Source: an uncultured Candidatus Saccharibacteria bacterium (GTDB taxonomy: Bacteria; Patescibacteriota; WWE3; UBA101185; 2-01-FULL-41-18). From it: a stretch of DNA of 64,000 nucleotides. Location: NCBI GenBank assembly GCA_964636285.1, contig CAZWQF010000001.1, positions 76,908 to 140,907 on the forward strand. The letters are read 5' to 3'. The notes beneath the pieces are model-generated. The model saw only the letters and a program-made list of their open reading frames with translations, had not been told where the DNA came from and searched no databases. A program made the position numbers and the translations under genes. This document shows, piece by piece, positions 47,312-56,603 of the stretch (position 1 is the first letter of the stretch; the number at the start of each line of letters is the position of its first letter).

Positions 47312-47368
47312 AAGCCGGGAGGGCGGATACAAAGTGAAGATTTCACAATGTGTTCGTTCTCCCGGCTT
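47312..47368 (+). terminator. Long-loop hairpin (AAGCCGGGAG ... CTCCCGGCTT) directly 3' of the GC-rich small ORF
   Basis: 10-bp inverted repeat read directly. Confidence 0.35.
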
Positions 47369-47390
47369 CTGCGTTCTAAGACCTCAATTT

Positions 47391-49205
47391 TTACCAGCTT
47401 CCCCCGCCACCGCCACCAGAGGACCCGCCTCCACTAAAACCTCCGCCACCAAACCCGCTTGAATACCCACCGCTTGACCTTGTTGGCGTTGAAAAATTTG
47501 TCACCGAATTATTAAACGAACCAATCGACGACGCAAACATTCCTGCATTAAATGAGTTTGCTCCTGAGTACCAGGTTACATCGCTTGGAATTTGCCCTAA
47601 ACCTTCAAACCTCTTTGCCCATGTTTCGGTAACACCTAGCGCAATTGCATAGGGCAAAAGCTTTTCAAACAAATACCAATTCATTTCCATAAATTCCATC
47701 TGCCTCTCCTGCGAAGTCAAAAACTTTCTAAGTCCTTTCACATCAACTTGTGCCCGTGCACCTTTCTGGGTTTTTCTAGGCATGGCTTTAGCCATAATTA
47801 TGCTCACAAGTCCAAAAGGTATATTGATTGTGACAATGCATACAGCTCCTACTATGAACCAAAACGACCTCACAGAATTTGGATTCTTCTCAAAAAAACC
47901 TTTTGCTACAGACCCTTTATACAATTGATCCTTAATCTTTTCTGCGTCCGTATAAAACTTGTTCTTTAGATCAGATGTTGTCACCGCATCAAGTTCCTTA
48001 AATAGCCCATCAAGGAGCTGCTTTTCAAAGTCCATTAGGTTCTCTAAAGATTCGCCCTTCTTTTTATAGTCTTCAACTTTAGTTAGCATGAAGTTTTTTT
48101 GAACAAGGCTTGATGAGATCGAAGAAAGTGTTTTAGCAACTACCCCTTCGTCTTTGACCTCGGTTATCTTAATAAACCCCCTTATTGCAAGATCAACAAT
48201 AGTTGCTGAAATATCTTGAGCGTCAGCTGATTCGTCATATAAAGTTCCTGCTTCTGCCGGAGTCAGCCTTACCTCATCAACTTTAGGGGCTTCAAATAGA
48301 GCTGGTATAGCAGTATTAATTTTTGGATCTCTGCCTTTAAGCAGATACACAGCAAAAACCGAAAGTGGAAGGAGTCCATACCAGATTATGAAGCCTATCA
48401 TTGAAATCCATGACCAGTCCTGATATTTTTCCTTGGGAATTACAGTGACGTAACCTTTTGGAAATTTTAGAGCAACTGAAATTCCTTGGTTTGAGAGAAG
48501 TTCTTTTGTTGTCTCAAAGTAAGCACCAGATTTTACTAATCTTGATATACAGTCCTTTCCAGTAGTCCCAGAAGCGCCTGTATAGCACGCCACCTCCGCA
48601 CTATCCATTGGAACAGAGGAAGGAAGCGTAATATAAGTGATACTTTTTAAGATGGGTACTCTCCATTCATTTCCTGTTGCGTTAAAGTAAATCTCGTCAT
48701 GGTCGGAATAACTTTCAACAGCCCCCTTAATGGTGTATTTAATTACAAAGTATTTATTTCCTGAAATTGTTAGCTTGGGATCACCAATTTTTATTGAAAC
48801 ATAATCGGCTTTTGTTGTTACATCAAATTTATATGGTGTTCCCGCAAGATCATGCACTTCTAATATGCTTATTGGAGTAGTGAACTTCTTCCCATCCTGG
48901 TTTGTAAACACTTTATTTAGTTCCCTATATATTCCATGCTTAGGCTCTGAAAAATGATAAAGGAGTGTTTCAGTCACCGTTACTTCTCCTGATTGAGCTA
49001 CTTGCACAATAGATTTAAAGCTTTGAATACTTTCTGTTTCAGGTGGAAGTTCTGTTGCGTTAGCATTTCCTGTTCCACTATTAAAGATGGTTGTAAACAT
49101 GGCAAGAATCGCTAGCTTTTTAATAAAATTAATTTTCACCTCTTTATTATATACTCTTCTTTTTGGTAGAATCTCAACTATGTCCACAAGATCTATAGTA
49201 ATCAC
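47391..49205 (-). CDS. DUF2207-like predicted membrane protein with a Gly-rich C-terminal tail
   Basis: N-terminal signal-like segment, central TM pair, C-terminal 'GGYSSGFGGGGFSGGGSSGGGGGGSW'. The start may be downstream of the tool start. Confidence 0.55.
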   Translation of the reverse strand: MITIDLVDIVEILPKRRVYNKEVKINFIKKLAILAMFTTIFNSGTGNANATELPPETESIQSFKSIVQVAQSGEVTVTETLLYHFSEPKHGIYRELNKVFTNQDGKKFTTPISILEVHDLAGTPYKFDVTTKADYVSIKIGDPKLTISGNKYFVIKYTIKGAVESYSDHDEIYFNATGNEWRVPILKSITYITLPSSVPMDSAEVACYTGASGTTGKDCISRLVKSGAYFETTKELLSNQGISVALKFPKGYVTVIPKEKYQDWSWISMIGFIIWYGLLPLSVFAVYLLKGRDPKINTAIPALFEAPKVDEVRLTPAEAGTLYDESADAQDISATIVDLAIRGFIKITEVKDEGVVAKTLSSISSSLVQKNFMLTKVEDYKKKGESLENLMDFEKQLLDGLFKELDAVTTSDLKNKFYTDAEKIKDQLYKGSVAKGFFEKNPNSVRSFWFIVGAVCIVTINIPFGLVSIIMAKAMPRKTQKGARAQVDVKGLRKFLTSQERQMEFMEMNWYLFEKLLPYAIALGVTETWAKRFEGLGQIPSDVTWYSGANSFNAGMFASSIGSFNNSVTNFSTPTRSSGGYSSGFGGGGFSGGGSSGGGGGGSW

Positions 49206-49860
49206 CGTAATATTTGTACTAGGTATTGTTTTGTTTGTGGCCTTTCTTAATTCAAAAAGAGATGGATCACAGGAGGAGGGTATTAACTTGAGTAATGTTA
49301 ATTTAGGTAACCAGCAGCAAGAAGAGAAGAAAACACCTTCATTTAAAAGGTACTCAGCGGCGCCTCAGATGGTTATTGACCAGAGAAAAGATTATTCTGC
49401 AGTTCTTAAAACCTCAAAAGGCGATATAACCGTAGATCTTTTTGAAAAAGAAACTCCCGTTACGGTAAATAACTTTGTTTTTCTTGCAAAAGATAAATTT
49501 TATGATGGAACAAAGTTTCATAGAATTGTTAAGGGTTTCATGATTCAAGGTGGGGATCCACTTGGAAACGGCATGGGCGGCCCTGGGTACAAATTTGCCG
49601 ATGAGCCTATTACAAAAGATTACAAAAAAGGAATCCTAGCTATGGCAAATTCTGGACCAAATACAAATGGAAGCCAGTTCTTTATCATGCATGCTGATTA
49701 TCCACTTCCAAAAAACTATGTAATTTTTGGACAGGTAACTAGTGGAATAGAAGCTGTTGATTCAATTGCAAACGTGCCAGTAAAATCTAGCCCTACAGGA
49801 GAAAAATCCTCACCTACTGAGGAAGTTCTTGTTAAGGCCGTAGAAGTAATAGAAAAGTAA
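49180..49860 (+). CDS. Cyclophilin-type peptidyl-prolyl cis-trans isomerase, membrane anchored. Start taken at internal Met (MSTRSIVITVIF); tool start is 49087.
   Basis: 'VNNFVFLAKDKFYDGTKFHRIVKGFMIQGGDPLGNGMGGPGY'. 'SQFFIMHAD'. Confidence 0.8.
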   Translation: MSTRSIVITVIFVLGIVLFVAFLNSKRDGSQEEGINLSNVNLGNQQQEEKKTPSFKRYSAAPQMVIDQRKDYSAVLKTSKGDITVDLFEKETPVTVNNFVFLAKDKFYDGTKFHRIVKGFMIQGGDPLGNGMGGPGYKFADEPITKDYKKGILAMANSGPNTNGSQFFIMHADYPLPKNYVIFGQVTSGIEAVDSIANVPVKSSPTGEKSSPTEEVLVKAVEVIEK

Positions 49861-49863
49861 TTT

Positions 49864-50625
49864 TTAGGCTCTAATAAAGTTTGTATAGAGAAGAAGCCAC
49901 TCTTCAACTGAAAGCGTTTCTGCTCTTCTTGTTGGGTTGATATTTGATTTTTCCAGAATTTCTTTTCCAAATCTTTTATTTAGCATTTTTCTTTGTTGTA
50001 AAAATCCGTGATGTAAAAACTTTGAAAATCCTTTTATTTCCGAATGGGGTATTAGGGGAGTGGCCTTATGTTTTAAAAGAACAATTGCACTGTCCACTTT
50101 TGGTATTGGGTCAAAACATTCTCTTTCAACTATTTTTACAATCTCAACATCAAAAAAAGCCCCCAAAAATGTTGCCAGGTAGTTTGTATCTGGAATTTTT
50201 GCAGTAATTCTTTCTGCAACTTCTTTTTGGATTACTAGTGCAACTGTGTTAATAAAAAGCGAAAGATTTACGCATTCGTGAAGAAGGGGTGATGTTATTT
50301 GGTAGGGGATGGAGGCAACAATTTTATTTACATTCATTGCTCTAACCCTAAGTGCATCTCTGAGAAGTCTGAGCCCATCTTCGTGGAGAATTTCTACGTT
50401 TTGCTCATTTTCAAGTGAGCTTTGAAGTAATGGTATTACGTCTGGATCAATTTCTGCACCTATCAGTTTTTTTGCACTTTGAGCAATAACTTTTGATACG
50501 TTTCCTGTTCCCATTCCAATTTCTAGAACAGTGTCCTCTTTATTTACATCTGCACACTCAACTAGCACTTTAATTATGTATTCGTCTATTAGAAAGTTTT
50601 GGCCTAGTTCTTTTTTTGCTCTCAT
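49864..50625 (-). CDS. rsmA: 16S rRNA (adenine1518/1519-N6)-dimethyltransferase RsmA/KsgA
   Basis: 'KELGQNFLIDEYII...VLEIGMGTGNVS'. Confidence 0.85.
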   Translation of the reverse strand: MRAKKELGQNFLIDEYIIKVLVECADVNKEDTVLEIGMGTGNVSKVIAQSAKKLIGAEIDPDVIPLLQSSLENEQNVEILHEDGLRLLRDALRVRAMNVNKIVASIPYQITSPLLHECVNLSLFINTVALVIQKEVAERITAKIPDTNYLATFLGAFFDVEIVKIVERECFDPIPKVDSAIVLLKHKATPLIPHSEIKGFSKFLHHGFLQQRKMLNKRFGKEILEKSNINPTRRAETLSVEEWLLLYTNFIRA

Positions 50626-50627
50626 AT

Positions 50628-51392
50628 TTATTCGGTTTTAGGTGTTTCTACAAAAAACCTATCCTTTAAATCCTCGTTATTAAGTATATACATATCATAC
50701 CTGCCGGTTGTCATCCATTTGTCCTGTGGGCTCATCGAGTTAAATCCAAGGTCAATTAAAAGTCCTCTGTAAGACCTCATTGCACCTCCAGTGTCTCCAG
50801 CAACTGCAATTCCATAGCCTGGGATGCACACTTTTGTGTGATAGGGAATCTTTTTGGGGTCAACAGCAATCACTCCATATCCGGCTTTCATTCCTATAGA
50901 GGTCCACGCATCACAGCCTTCACATTGAGGAGTGTAGGTGGTCATGTACACTTTTTCGTACTTATGCCAGTACTTAAACTTTCCGCACCTGTCTGAAGTT
51001 TCTTCGCTCCAAGAAATTTTTGTGCCTCTTTTATAAACTTCATCAGTAGGATTTACAGTTTTGGTATCCACAAGATTTCTTCCAATTTCCTCGTTGTTGT
51101 ACATGCTTACCGAATAAGTCTTAATAATTTTGCCGTCTTTGCCGTCCGATACTTTTTTAACCTCTCCAAAGGTTAGAGAATCGTCTTCCTCAAATTTTTT
51201 CTCAAAAGGTATAGGTTCCTCCTCTGTAATTTCTTTATCAGCGAATTTGGAAACCGTTTTAACCTCCGTTTTGTACCCTAAAACATCTTTTTGAGCTTCC
51301 TGAGTGTTAGTTGCTGCTTTGTAACTGGTAAACGAAAAAGCACTCAAAATTACAAAAAGAACCGCAAGCGCTTTGTTTATATGATTATTCAT
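50628..51392 (-). CDS. 3D-domain (MltA-like / YabE-like) secreted cell-wall protein
   Basis: Signal peptide. C-terminal 'YGVIAVDPKKIPYHTKVCIPGYGIAVAGDTGGAMRSYRGLLIDLGF' is a 3D-domain signature. Confidence 0.6.
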   Translation of the reverse strand: MNNHINKALAVLFVILSAFSFTSYKAATNTQEAQKDVLGYKTEVKTVSKFADKEITEEEPIPFEKKFEEDDSLTFGEVKKVSDGKDGKIIKTYSVSMYNNEEIGRNLVDTKTVNPTDEVYKRGTKISWSEETSDRCGKFKYWHKYEKVYMTTYTPQCEGCDAWTSIGMKAGYGVIAVDPKKIPYHTKVCIPGYGIAVAGDTGGAMRSYRGLLIDLGFNSMSPQDKWMTTGRYDMYILNNEDLKDRFFVETPKTE

Positions 51393-51534
51393 GCTGGGTA
51401 ATTATATGATAGGTTGAAGTTTAAGGGAAAATGGGCCGGAGACCGTGTTGGGTGTGTGCTTATGTGGTACTTTTTTTGTAATCTCCTTCACGGTTTCCGG
51501 CTTGGGTCAAGCAGTGGCATACTAAATTCTGCGC

Positions 51535-51702
51535 TTAAAAACCGAAAAGGCTTTTGATGAAGGTCCACGCCCTTCTATCTTTAGCCCCCGCGCTTTTTCT
51601 TTGCGCTGATAGCTGCGGCGTTTTTGGAGTTATTGGAGCCTTGTCCTTTGAAACCGCGCTCGCCGCTTCTCGTGCCCTTTTACTACCTCCTTGAATGGCC
51701 AT
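51535..51702 (-). CDS. Unannotated 55-aa basic ORF (MAIQGGSKRAREAASAVSKDKAPITPKTPQLSAQRKSAGAKDRRAWTFIKSLFGF) with a GGAGG RBS, in a GC-rich intergenic patch. Could alternatively be noncoding.
   Basis: Hand-translated from the minus strand. 'ggaggccaaaATGgcc'. Below the 60-aa cutoff of the ORF track. Confidence 0.3.
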   Translation of the reverse strand: MAIQGGSKRAREAASAVSKDKAPITPKTPQLSAQRKSAGAKDRRAWTFIKSLFGF

Positions 51703-51810
51703 TTTGGCCTCCTTTGCTTTTGGATACCCTATATACTGGATGAAATTTGGCGTTTTGTCAAAAAGGCACGGGTAAAAGTAGTACTCAGAAATGTAACACT
51801 ATATTTATAC

Positions 51811-53760
51811 TTATAGGTCACGCATTGAGTCTAATTCGTCTAAAAATCTATCGATTTCATAATTTCCTGCGTTTTTTCTTCTGGAGTCTCTAACATTCAA
51901 ATTTCCAGCTCTAATATTTAGAAGTTTTTCAGGTATTTCCATCATAAATCTTGAAACAATGTTGGATTGAATTTGTCCAAAGTATAGCCTTGCTCTTGCA
52001 TATGTCATATAAAGTTTATCTTTTGCCCGTGTGATTGCCACATAACAAAGTCTACGTTCCTCTTCAAGCTCGGATAGTTCTAAAACAGATCTAGAATGCG
52101 GAAAAAGCCCCTCTTCCATACCAATTATAAACACAACTTTAAACTCAAGTCCTTTTGCTGAGTGAATTGTCATAAGCGTTATAGCTTCCTTTTGCTGATC
52201 GTTTGAAGGTTTATCAGTGCTTTCAATCAACGCAACATTCTCAAGAAAGTCACCAAGGTTAGAAAAAAGTGATGCCACGGACTTTAACTCTTTTATGTTT
52301 TCTATCCTGTACATTGCTTCATCGCTCCCGTCATTTAGCCACTCGGTATACTTTGTTTTTTCCAAGACACTTTCAAGAAGCTCAAGCGTAGTATGCGTTT
52401 CAATCGCTTTTATCCATTCTTTAATGGGTAGCTTGCTAGCATCCTCAATTAAATCAAGATCAAGCTTTGCATCCCGTATCTTTTCAAAACCTTTCTTCCC
52501 TATACCCCTTGGCGGCGTATTAATAATTCTTTCCCATGAAACCGAATCAAATGGATTGTGAATAACCTTTAGATAACTAATTAAGTCCTTAATTTCTTTT
52601 CGCGAATAAAATCGAACTCCCCCTACAAGCTTATATGGAATCCCTTCTCTTAAAAAAGCCTCTTCAATGTTTCTTGACTGTGCATTTGTTCTATACAAAA
52701 CTGCAAAGTCAGAAAACCCATATTTTCCAGACATTATTTGATTTTTAATCTCTTCAACAACAAAGCCTGATTCGTCAATTTCATTCATTGCTTGATAGCT
52801 TTGAATTTTTTCGCCTTCTGAATTTTCTGTCCATAGATCAAGAGCAATGTGGTTTGCGTTCTTTTTAATCACATTTTTTGCAGCTTCAATTATTGTTTGT
52901 GTGGATCTGTAATTTTGATCAAGATTGTAAATTTTTGCCTCTAAGTAGTCTTTTTCAAAATTCATTATGTTTCTAAAATCTGCACCTCTAAACGAATAAA
53001 TTGCCTGTGACATATCACCAACTACAAAAATATTTCTGTGCTTTTGTGCTAGGAGTTTTGAGAGGACGTACTGGGCTTTGTTTGTGTCCTGATATTCGTC
53101 AATTAAAATAAATTGAAACTGATCTTGATATTTTTCAAGAATTCTTTCTTCCTTTTCAAAAAGATTTACTGTGTACATGATTAAATCATCAAAGTCCAAA
53201 GCGTTATTTTCTCTTAGTCTTTTTTGATATTCGGGATAAACTCTTGCAACTATTTCGTTAAAAAAACCAGATGCATATTTTTTATATTCAACATGGTCAA
53301 TTAGTTCATTTTTACTTGAGGAGATTCTATTTAAGACTGCATTTGGATTAACTTTTGTGGTTGCAATATTTAAATCCTTAAAAATATGTTTAATTATGGA
53401 TTTTTGGTCGTCGTCATCGTAAATTACAAAACTTGGTTTAATTCCTATTAGGTATCCATCTTTTCTAAGTATCTTTGAACAAACCGAATGGAAAGTACCA
53501 GCCCATGCAAGTCTTATTGATGTGCCTAAAATATGAGAAAGCCGTTCTTTAATTTCATGTGCAGCTTTGTTAGTAAAGGTGACTGTGAGTATGTTTGATT
53601 CGTTAATCTGGTGGCTTAAAATCAGGTTTGCCACTCTGTGAGTTAACACTCTGGTTTTTCCAGAGCCTGGTCCTGCAACCACAAGTGCAGGCCCTTCATG
53701 ATGTAGAACGGCAGGTACCTGTTGTTTATTTAATCCTGTTAGTAACGAATTGGAATCCAC
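51811..53760 (-). CDS. pcrA: ATP-dependent DNA helicase PcrA/UvrD
   Basis: 'LVVAGPGSGKTRVLTHRVANLI', 'ILIDEYQDTNKAQY', 'TIHSAKGLEF', 'VAITRAKDKL'. Confidence 0.9.
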   Translation of the reverse strand: MDSNSLLTGLNKQQVPAVLHHEGPALVVAGPGSGKTRVLTHRVANLILSHQINESNILTVTFTNKAAHEIKERLSHILGTSIRLAWAGTFHSVCSKILRKDGYLIGIKPSFVIYDDDDQKSIIKHIFKDLNIATTKVNPNAVLNRISSSKNELIDHVEYKKYASGFFNEIVARVYPEYQKRLRENNALDFDDLIMYTVNLFEKEERILEKYQDQFQFILIDEYQDTNKAQYVLSKLLAQKHRNIFVVGDMSQAIYSFRGADFRNIMNFEKDYLEAKIYNLDQNYRSTQTIIEAAKNVIKKNANHIALDLWTENSEGEKIQSYQAMNEIDESGFVVEEIKNQIMSGKYGFSDFAVLYRTNAQSRNIEEAFLREGIPYKLVGGVRFYSRKEIKDLISYLKVIHNPFDSVSWERIINTPPRGIGKKGFEKIRDAKLDLDLIEDASKLPIKEWIKAIETHTTLELLESVLEKTKYTEWLNDGSDEAMYRIENIKELKSVASLFSNLGDFLENVALIESTDKPSNDQQKEAITLMTIHSAKGLEFKVVFIIGMEEGLFPHSRSVLELSELEEERRLCYVAITRAKDKLYMTYARARLYFGQIQSNIVSRFMMEIPEKLLNIRAGNLNVRDSRRKNAGNYEIDRFLDELDSMRDL

Positions 53761-53859
53761 GGAGAGAGTTTAACATAACAAAACTAGCCTTTGACAGCAA
53801 AAAATGAGAGGAATAATATTGTAGCTATCGTTATCCGCGTATTTTCAAGTAAGGGAGAT

Positions 53860-54180
53860 TAGAGATGCGTACTGGACTGAGCCCCGAGCCCCAAGGAGGA
53901 AGGCAGAAGGGAGGTCGCAGAGCGTCTCGCGTTCAGCGAGCAAAGTGGCCTTGGGAAAAGGAGGAGGAGGATCTGTCGGATCCACGATCCTTGTCTTTGC
54001 TGTCCCAACAGGCGCCAGAGGTGGCGGCTGACTTGCGTGAACATGGCCGAATCCACATTGTTGTGAGGATCTGATCGTCTGACTGAAGGTAGAGCGCGCG
54101 TACGATTTTGCGAATGTTTTTCATTCCCAATTCGTTAGAATCTTGCGTGCGCTCTGCCAATACATTTGAATAAGTTTTTC
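53860..54180. other. Short, strongly GC-rich, purine-run-containing intergenic element of about 320 nt. ORFs are open in three frames: + 53865-54074, − 53859-54056 and − 53933-54160, as expected for GC-rich non-coding DNA. It is a candidate structured RNA or a foreign-DNA remnant, not a confident CDS.
   Basis: Sharp composition shift relative to flanking helicase and dac genes. Runs such as 'aaggaggaaggcagaagggagg' and 'ggaaaaggaggaggaggatc'. Overlapping ORFs on both strands. Confidence 0.3.
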
Positions 54181-54188
54181 CTTTAGAT

Positions 54189-55196
54189 CTAATTATTTAG
54201 AAGTGGGTGGCTCACTTTAATTCCAATTTTGTCATAAGAATAATCAAGTAGCTGAATCATATCGGTTTTCCTTGCGTCGCTGTTTAGAACCACACCAATA
54301 ATCCCCTCACCTTCATTTTCAGCGTAGGTGACAAGGCATAAATTTGCTGCTTCCGTATACCCTGTTTTCACACCCATCACTCCAGGGTATGTCCTTAATA
54401 AATTTGTTTGGTTTGAGAGTGCAAGGTATTTATGGGCACTCGTTGCCTCGATTGTTCTATCAAGAGTTGCTACAACCTTTTTGAAGTCAGGGTTTTGAAG
54501 TGCATATTTTGTTAATTTTGCTTGGTCGTAAGCGCTTGATACGTTCCCGTCATTTAGTCCGTTTGAATCCGCATAAGTTGTTTCTGTAAGCCCTAGCTCT
54601 TTTACTTTTGTATTCATGTAGTAAACAAAATTTTCTTCTGTTCCAGCAACCCCTTCAGCAATTGCTACTGCGGCATCATTTCCCGAATGAAGAATAAGCC
54701 CATATAAAAGCTCTTCAAGAGTGTATTCTTCGCCTTCTGAAATTCCCATTGCGTTCTCTCCCACAGTTGCAGCTTTTCTGCTAACTTTGATTTTGTCTGA
54801 GAGTTTTTTATGCTCAAGTGCAACTGTTGCAGTCATAATTTTTGTGACCGAAGCAATTGGAACCGATCTATGTTCGTCACGTGAAAAGAGAATTGTAGAG
54901 TCATTAAGTCTTACAGAAATAGCATTTTTTGCATGTACATATGGAAGCTCTTTTGAAAGGTCTAAGTAGTTTTGTGGGTTTGTAAAAACAAAGTTTTGGT
55001 TCCATGGATATGAGAGTATTCTGGAGTAAGTATAAATGCTTCTAAGCTTGTCTTCTTTTATGCCTTTTACATCCTCTCTGGAGTCTGCAGATGCTAATGG
55101 GAATCTAAAGATTTTGCCTTCTTTTGGCAAAAAAATCGAAAAAGCCAAAAAGCCAGCGCAGGCAAAAGCAATTAGGGCAAAAATTCTTTTTTCCAT
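54189..55196 (-). CDS. Serine-type D-alanyl-D-alanine carboxypeptidase (PBP5/DacB-like, S11)
   Basis: 'IASVTKIMT' (SxxK), 'LHSGNDAAV' (SGN), 'KTGYTEAA' (KTG). N-terminal signal/TM. Confidence 0.85.
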   Translation of the reverse strand: MEKRIFALIAFACAGFLAFSIFLPKEGKIFRFPLASADSREDVKGIKEDKLRSIYTYSRILSYPWNQNFVFTNPQNYLDLSKELPYVHAKNAISVRLNDSTILFSRDEHRSVPIASVTKIMTATVALEHKKLSDKIKVSRKAATVGENAMGISEGEEYTLEELLYGLILHSGNDAAVAIAEGVAGTEENFVYYMNTKVKELGLTETTYADSNGLNDGNVSSAYDQAKLTKYALQNPDFKKVVATLDRTIEATSAHKYLALSNQTNLLRTYPGVMGVKTGYTEAANLCLVTYAENEGEGIIGVVLNSDARKTDMIQLLDYSYDKIGIKVSHPLLNN

Positions 55197-55241
55197 AGTA
55201 TTGGTATGGTATCATAACCGAGCGAAAGGAATAAAATTTTT

Positions 55242-55511
55242 ATGTTTGAGTTAGTAGATTATTTTGCAACTTGGTGTGGACCTTGCCACGCAATGCACCC
55301 AATTATTGAAGACGTAGAAAAAGAGTATTCAACAAGGATTAAATTTTCAAAAGTTGATGTAGATCAGCACCAGGATAAAGCCGCACAGTTTGGTGTAATG
55401 AGCATCCCAACATTTATTGTTATGAAAGACGGAAAGGAAGTTGATAGAAAAGTAGGAGCAATGACAAAAGATAAATTTAAGTCATGGCTTGATGCTTCTC
55501 TGTTAAAATAA
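55242..55511 (+). CDS. trxA: Thioredoxin
   Basis: 'ATWCGPCHAM' contains the WCGPC active site. 89 aa. Confidence 0.85.
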   Translation: MFELVDYFATWCGPCHAMHPIIEDVEKEYSTRIKFSKVDVDQHQDKAAQFGVMSIPTFIVMKDGKEVDRKVGAMTKDKFKSWLDASLLK

Positions 55512-55513
55512 AC

Positions 55514-56599
55514 ATGCCAGTTAAAATTGCTATAAACGGTTTTGGAAGAATAGGAAGAGCAGCCTATAAAATTGCTCAAAAACATCCAGAACTTGAAATT
55601 GTTGCTATCAACGATTTAACAGATCCAAAAATTTTAGCTCACCTTTTAAAGTTTGATACTAACTATGGCGTTTACGATAAAGAAATTTCTGTAGAAGAAG
55701 ATGGGCATGTTGTCCATTCGGAAGATAATTATTCCAAAAAATCATACAAAGCTAGTACATCTACAAGTGATAAATATCTTGTAGTTGATGGAAAAAAGAT
55801 ACTTGTGACTTCCCAAAAGGATGCAACGCTACTTCCATGGGGAAAGCTTTCAATTGATGTTGTTTTAGAATGCACAGGTAGGTTTACAGATGAAGGTGCA
55901 GCTCAGGTGCATATCACTGCGGGAGCAAAAAAGGTAATTGTTTCTGCACCTACAAAAGGTGGAGGAGTAAACACATACCTTTTTGGGGTAAACTCTGGAA
56001 ACTACGCAGGAGAACAGGTTATATCAAACGCCTCTTGTACTACAAACTGTATCTCTCCCGTTGCTTCTATCATTCATTCAAAGTTTGGAATTGCAAAAGC
56101 AACAATGACTACAATTCATGCAATTACTGCTGAGCAGTCACTTGTTGATGGGCCTCCACCACCGCTTCATCCTGACATGAGGAGAGCAAGAGCGGCAGGC
56201 TATAACTTGGTTCCAACAACCACAGGAGCTGCAATCTCAACCACAGAGGTAATTCCTGAACTAAGAGGCTTATTTGATGGCTTGTCTGTAAGAGCTCCAA
56301 TTTCCGTTGGTTCACTTGCTGACTTTACCATCATGACCAAAAAGCCTGTGACAGTTGAAGAAGTTAATCAGGCATTTATTGAAGCTAAAGATCAACCTTT
56401 GTACAAAGGTGTTCTTGATGTGAGCTACCAGCCTCTTGTGTCTTCGGACATAGTTGGTTCAAGCTTTTCGTCAATTGTTGACCTATCTATGACAAAGGTA
56501 ATTGGAGGCGATTTCCTAAAAGTTGTTGCGTGGTATGACAACGAATGGGGTTACTCCAACAGACTTGTTGAAATGGCCCTTAAAGTTGGCACAGCCTAA
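55514..56599 (+). CDS. gap: Glyceraldehyde-3-phosphate dehydrogenase (type I) with an internal insertion
   Basis: 'IAINGFGRIGR', 'ASCTTNCISP' (catalytic Cys), 'WYDNEWGYSNR'. Confidence 0.9.
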   Translation: MPVKIAINGFGRIGRAAYKIAQKHPELEIVAINDLTDPKILAHLLKFDTNYGVYDKEISVEEDGHVVHSEDNYSKKSYKASTSTSDKYLVVDGKKILVTSQKDATLLPWGKLSIDVVLECTGRFTDEGAAQVHITAGAKKVIVSAPTKGGGVNTYLFGVNSGNYAGEQVISNASCTTNCISPVASIIHSKFGIAKATMTTIHAITAEQSLVDGPPPPLHPDMRRARAAGYNLVPTTTGAAISTTEVIPELRGLFDGLSVRAPISVGSLADFTIMTKKPVTVEEVNQAFIEAKDQPLYKGVLDVSYQPLVSSDIVGSSFSSIVDLSMTKVIGGDFLKVVAWYDNEWGYSNRLVEMALKVGTA

Positions 56600-56603
56600 A
56601 TAG

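Noticed and set aside
53860-54180. RNase P RNA or SRP RNA identity for the GC-rich element
   Set aside because: I could not find the RNase P P4 consensus (AGGAAAGUCCGGGCUC / ACAGNRA). I found only a loose resemblance (GGAGGAAGGCAG) to the SRP domain-IV GGAAGGAAGCAG motif. Left as an unclassified element pending a covariance-model scan.
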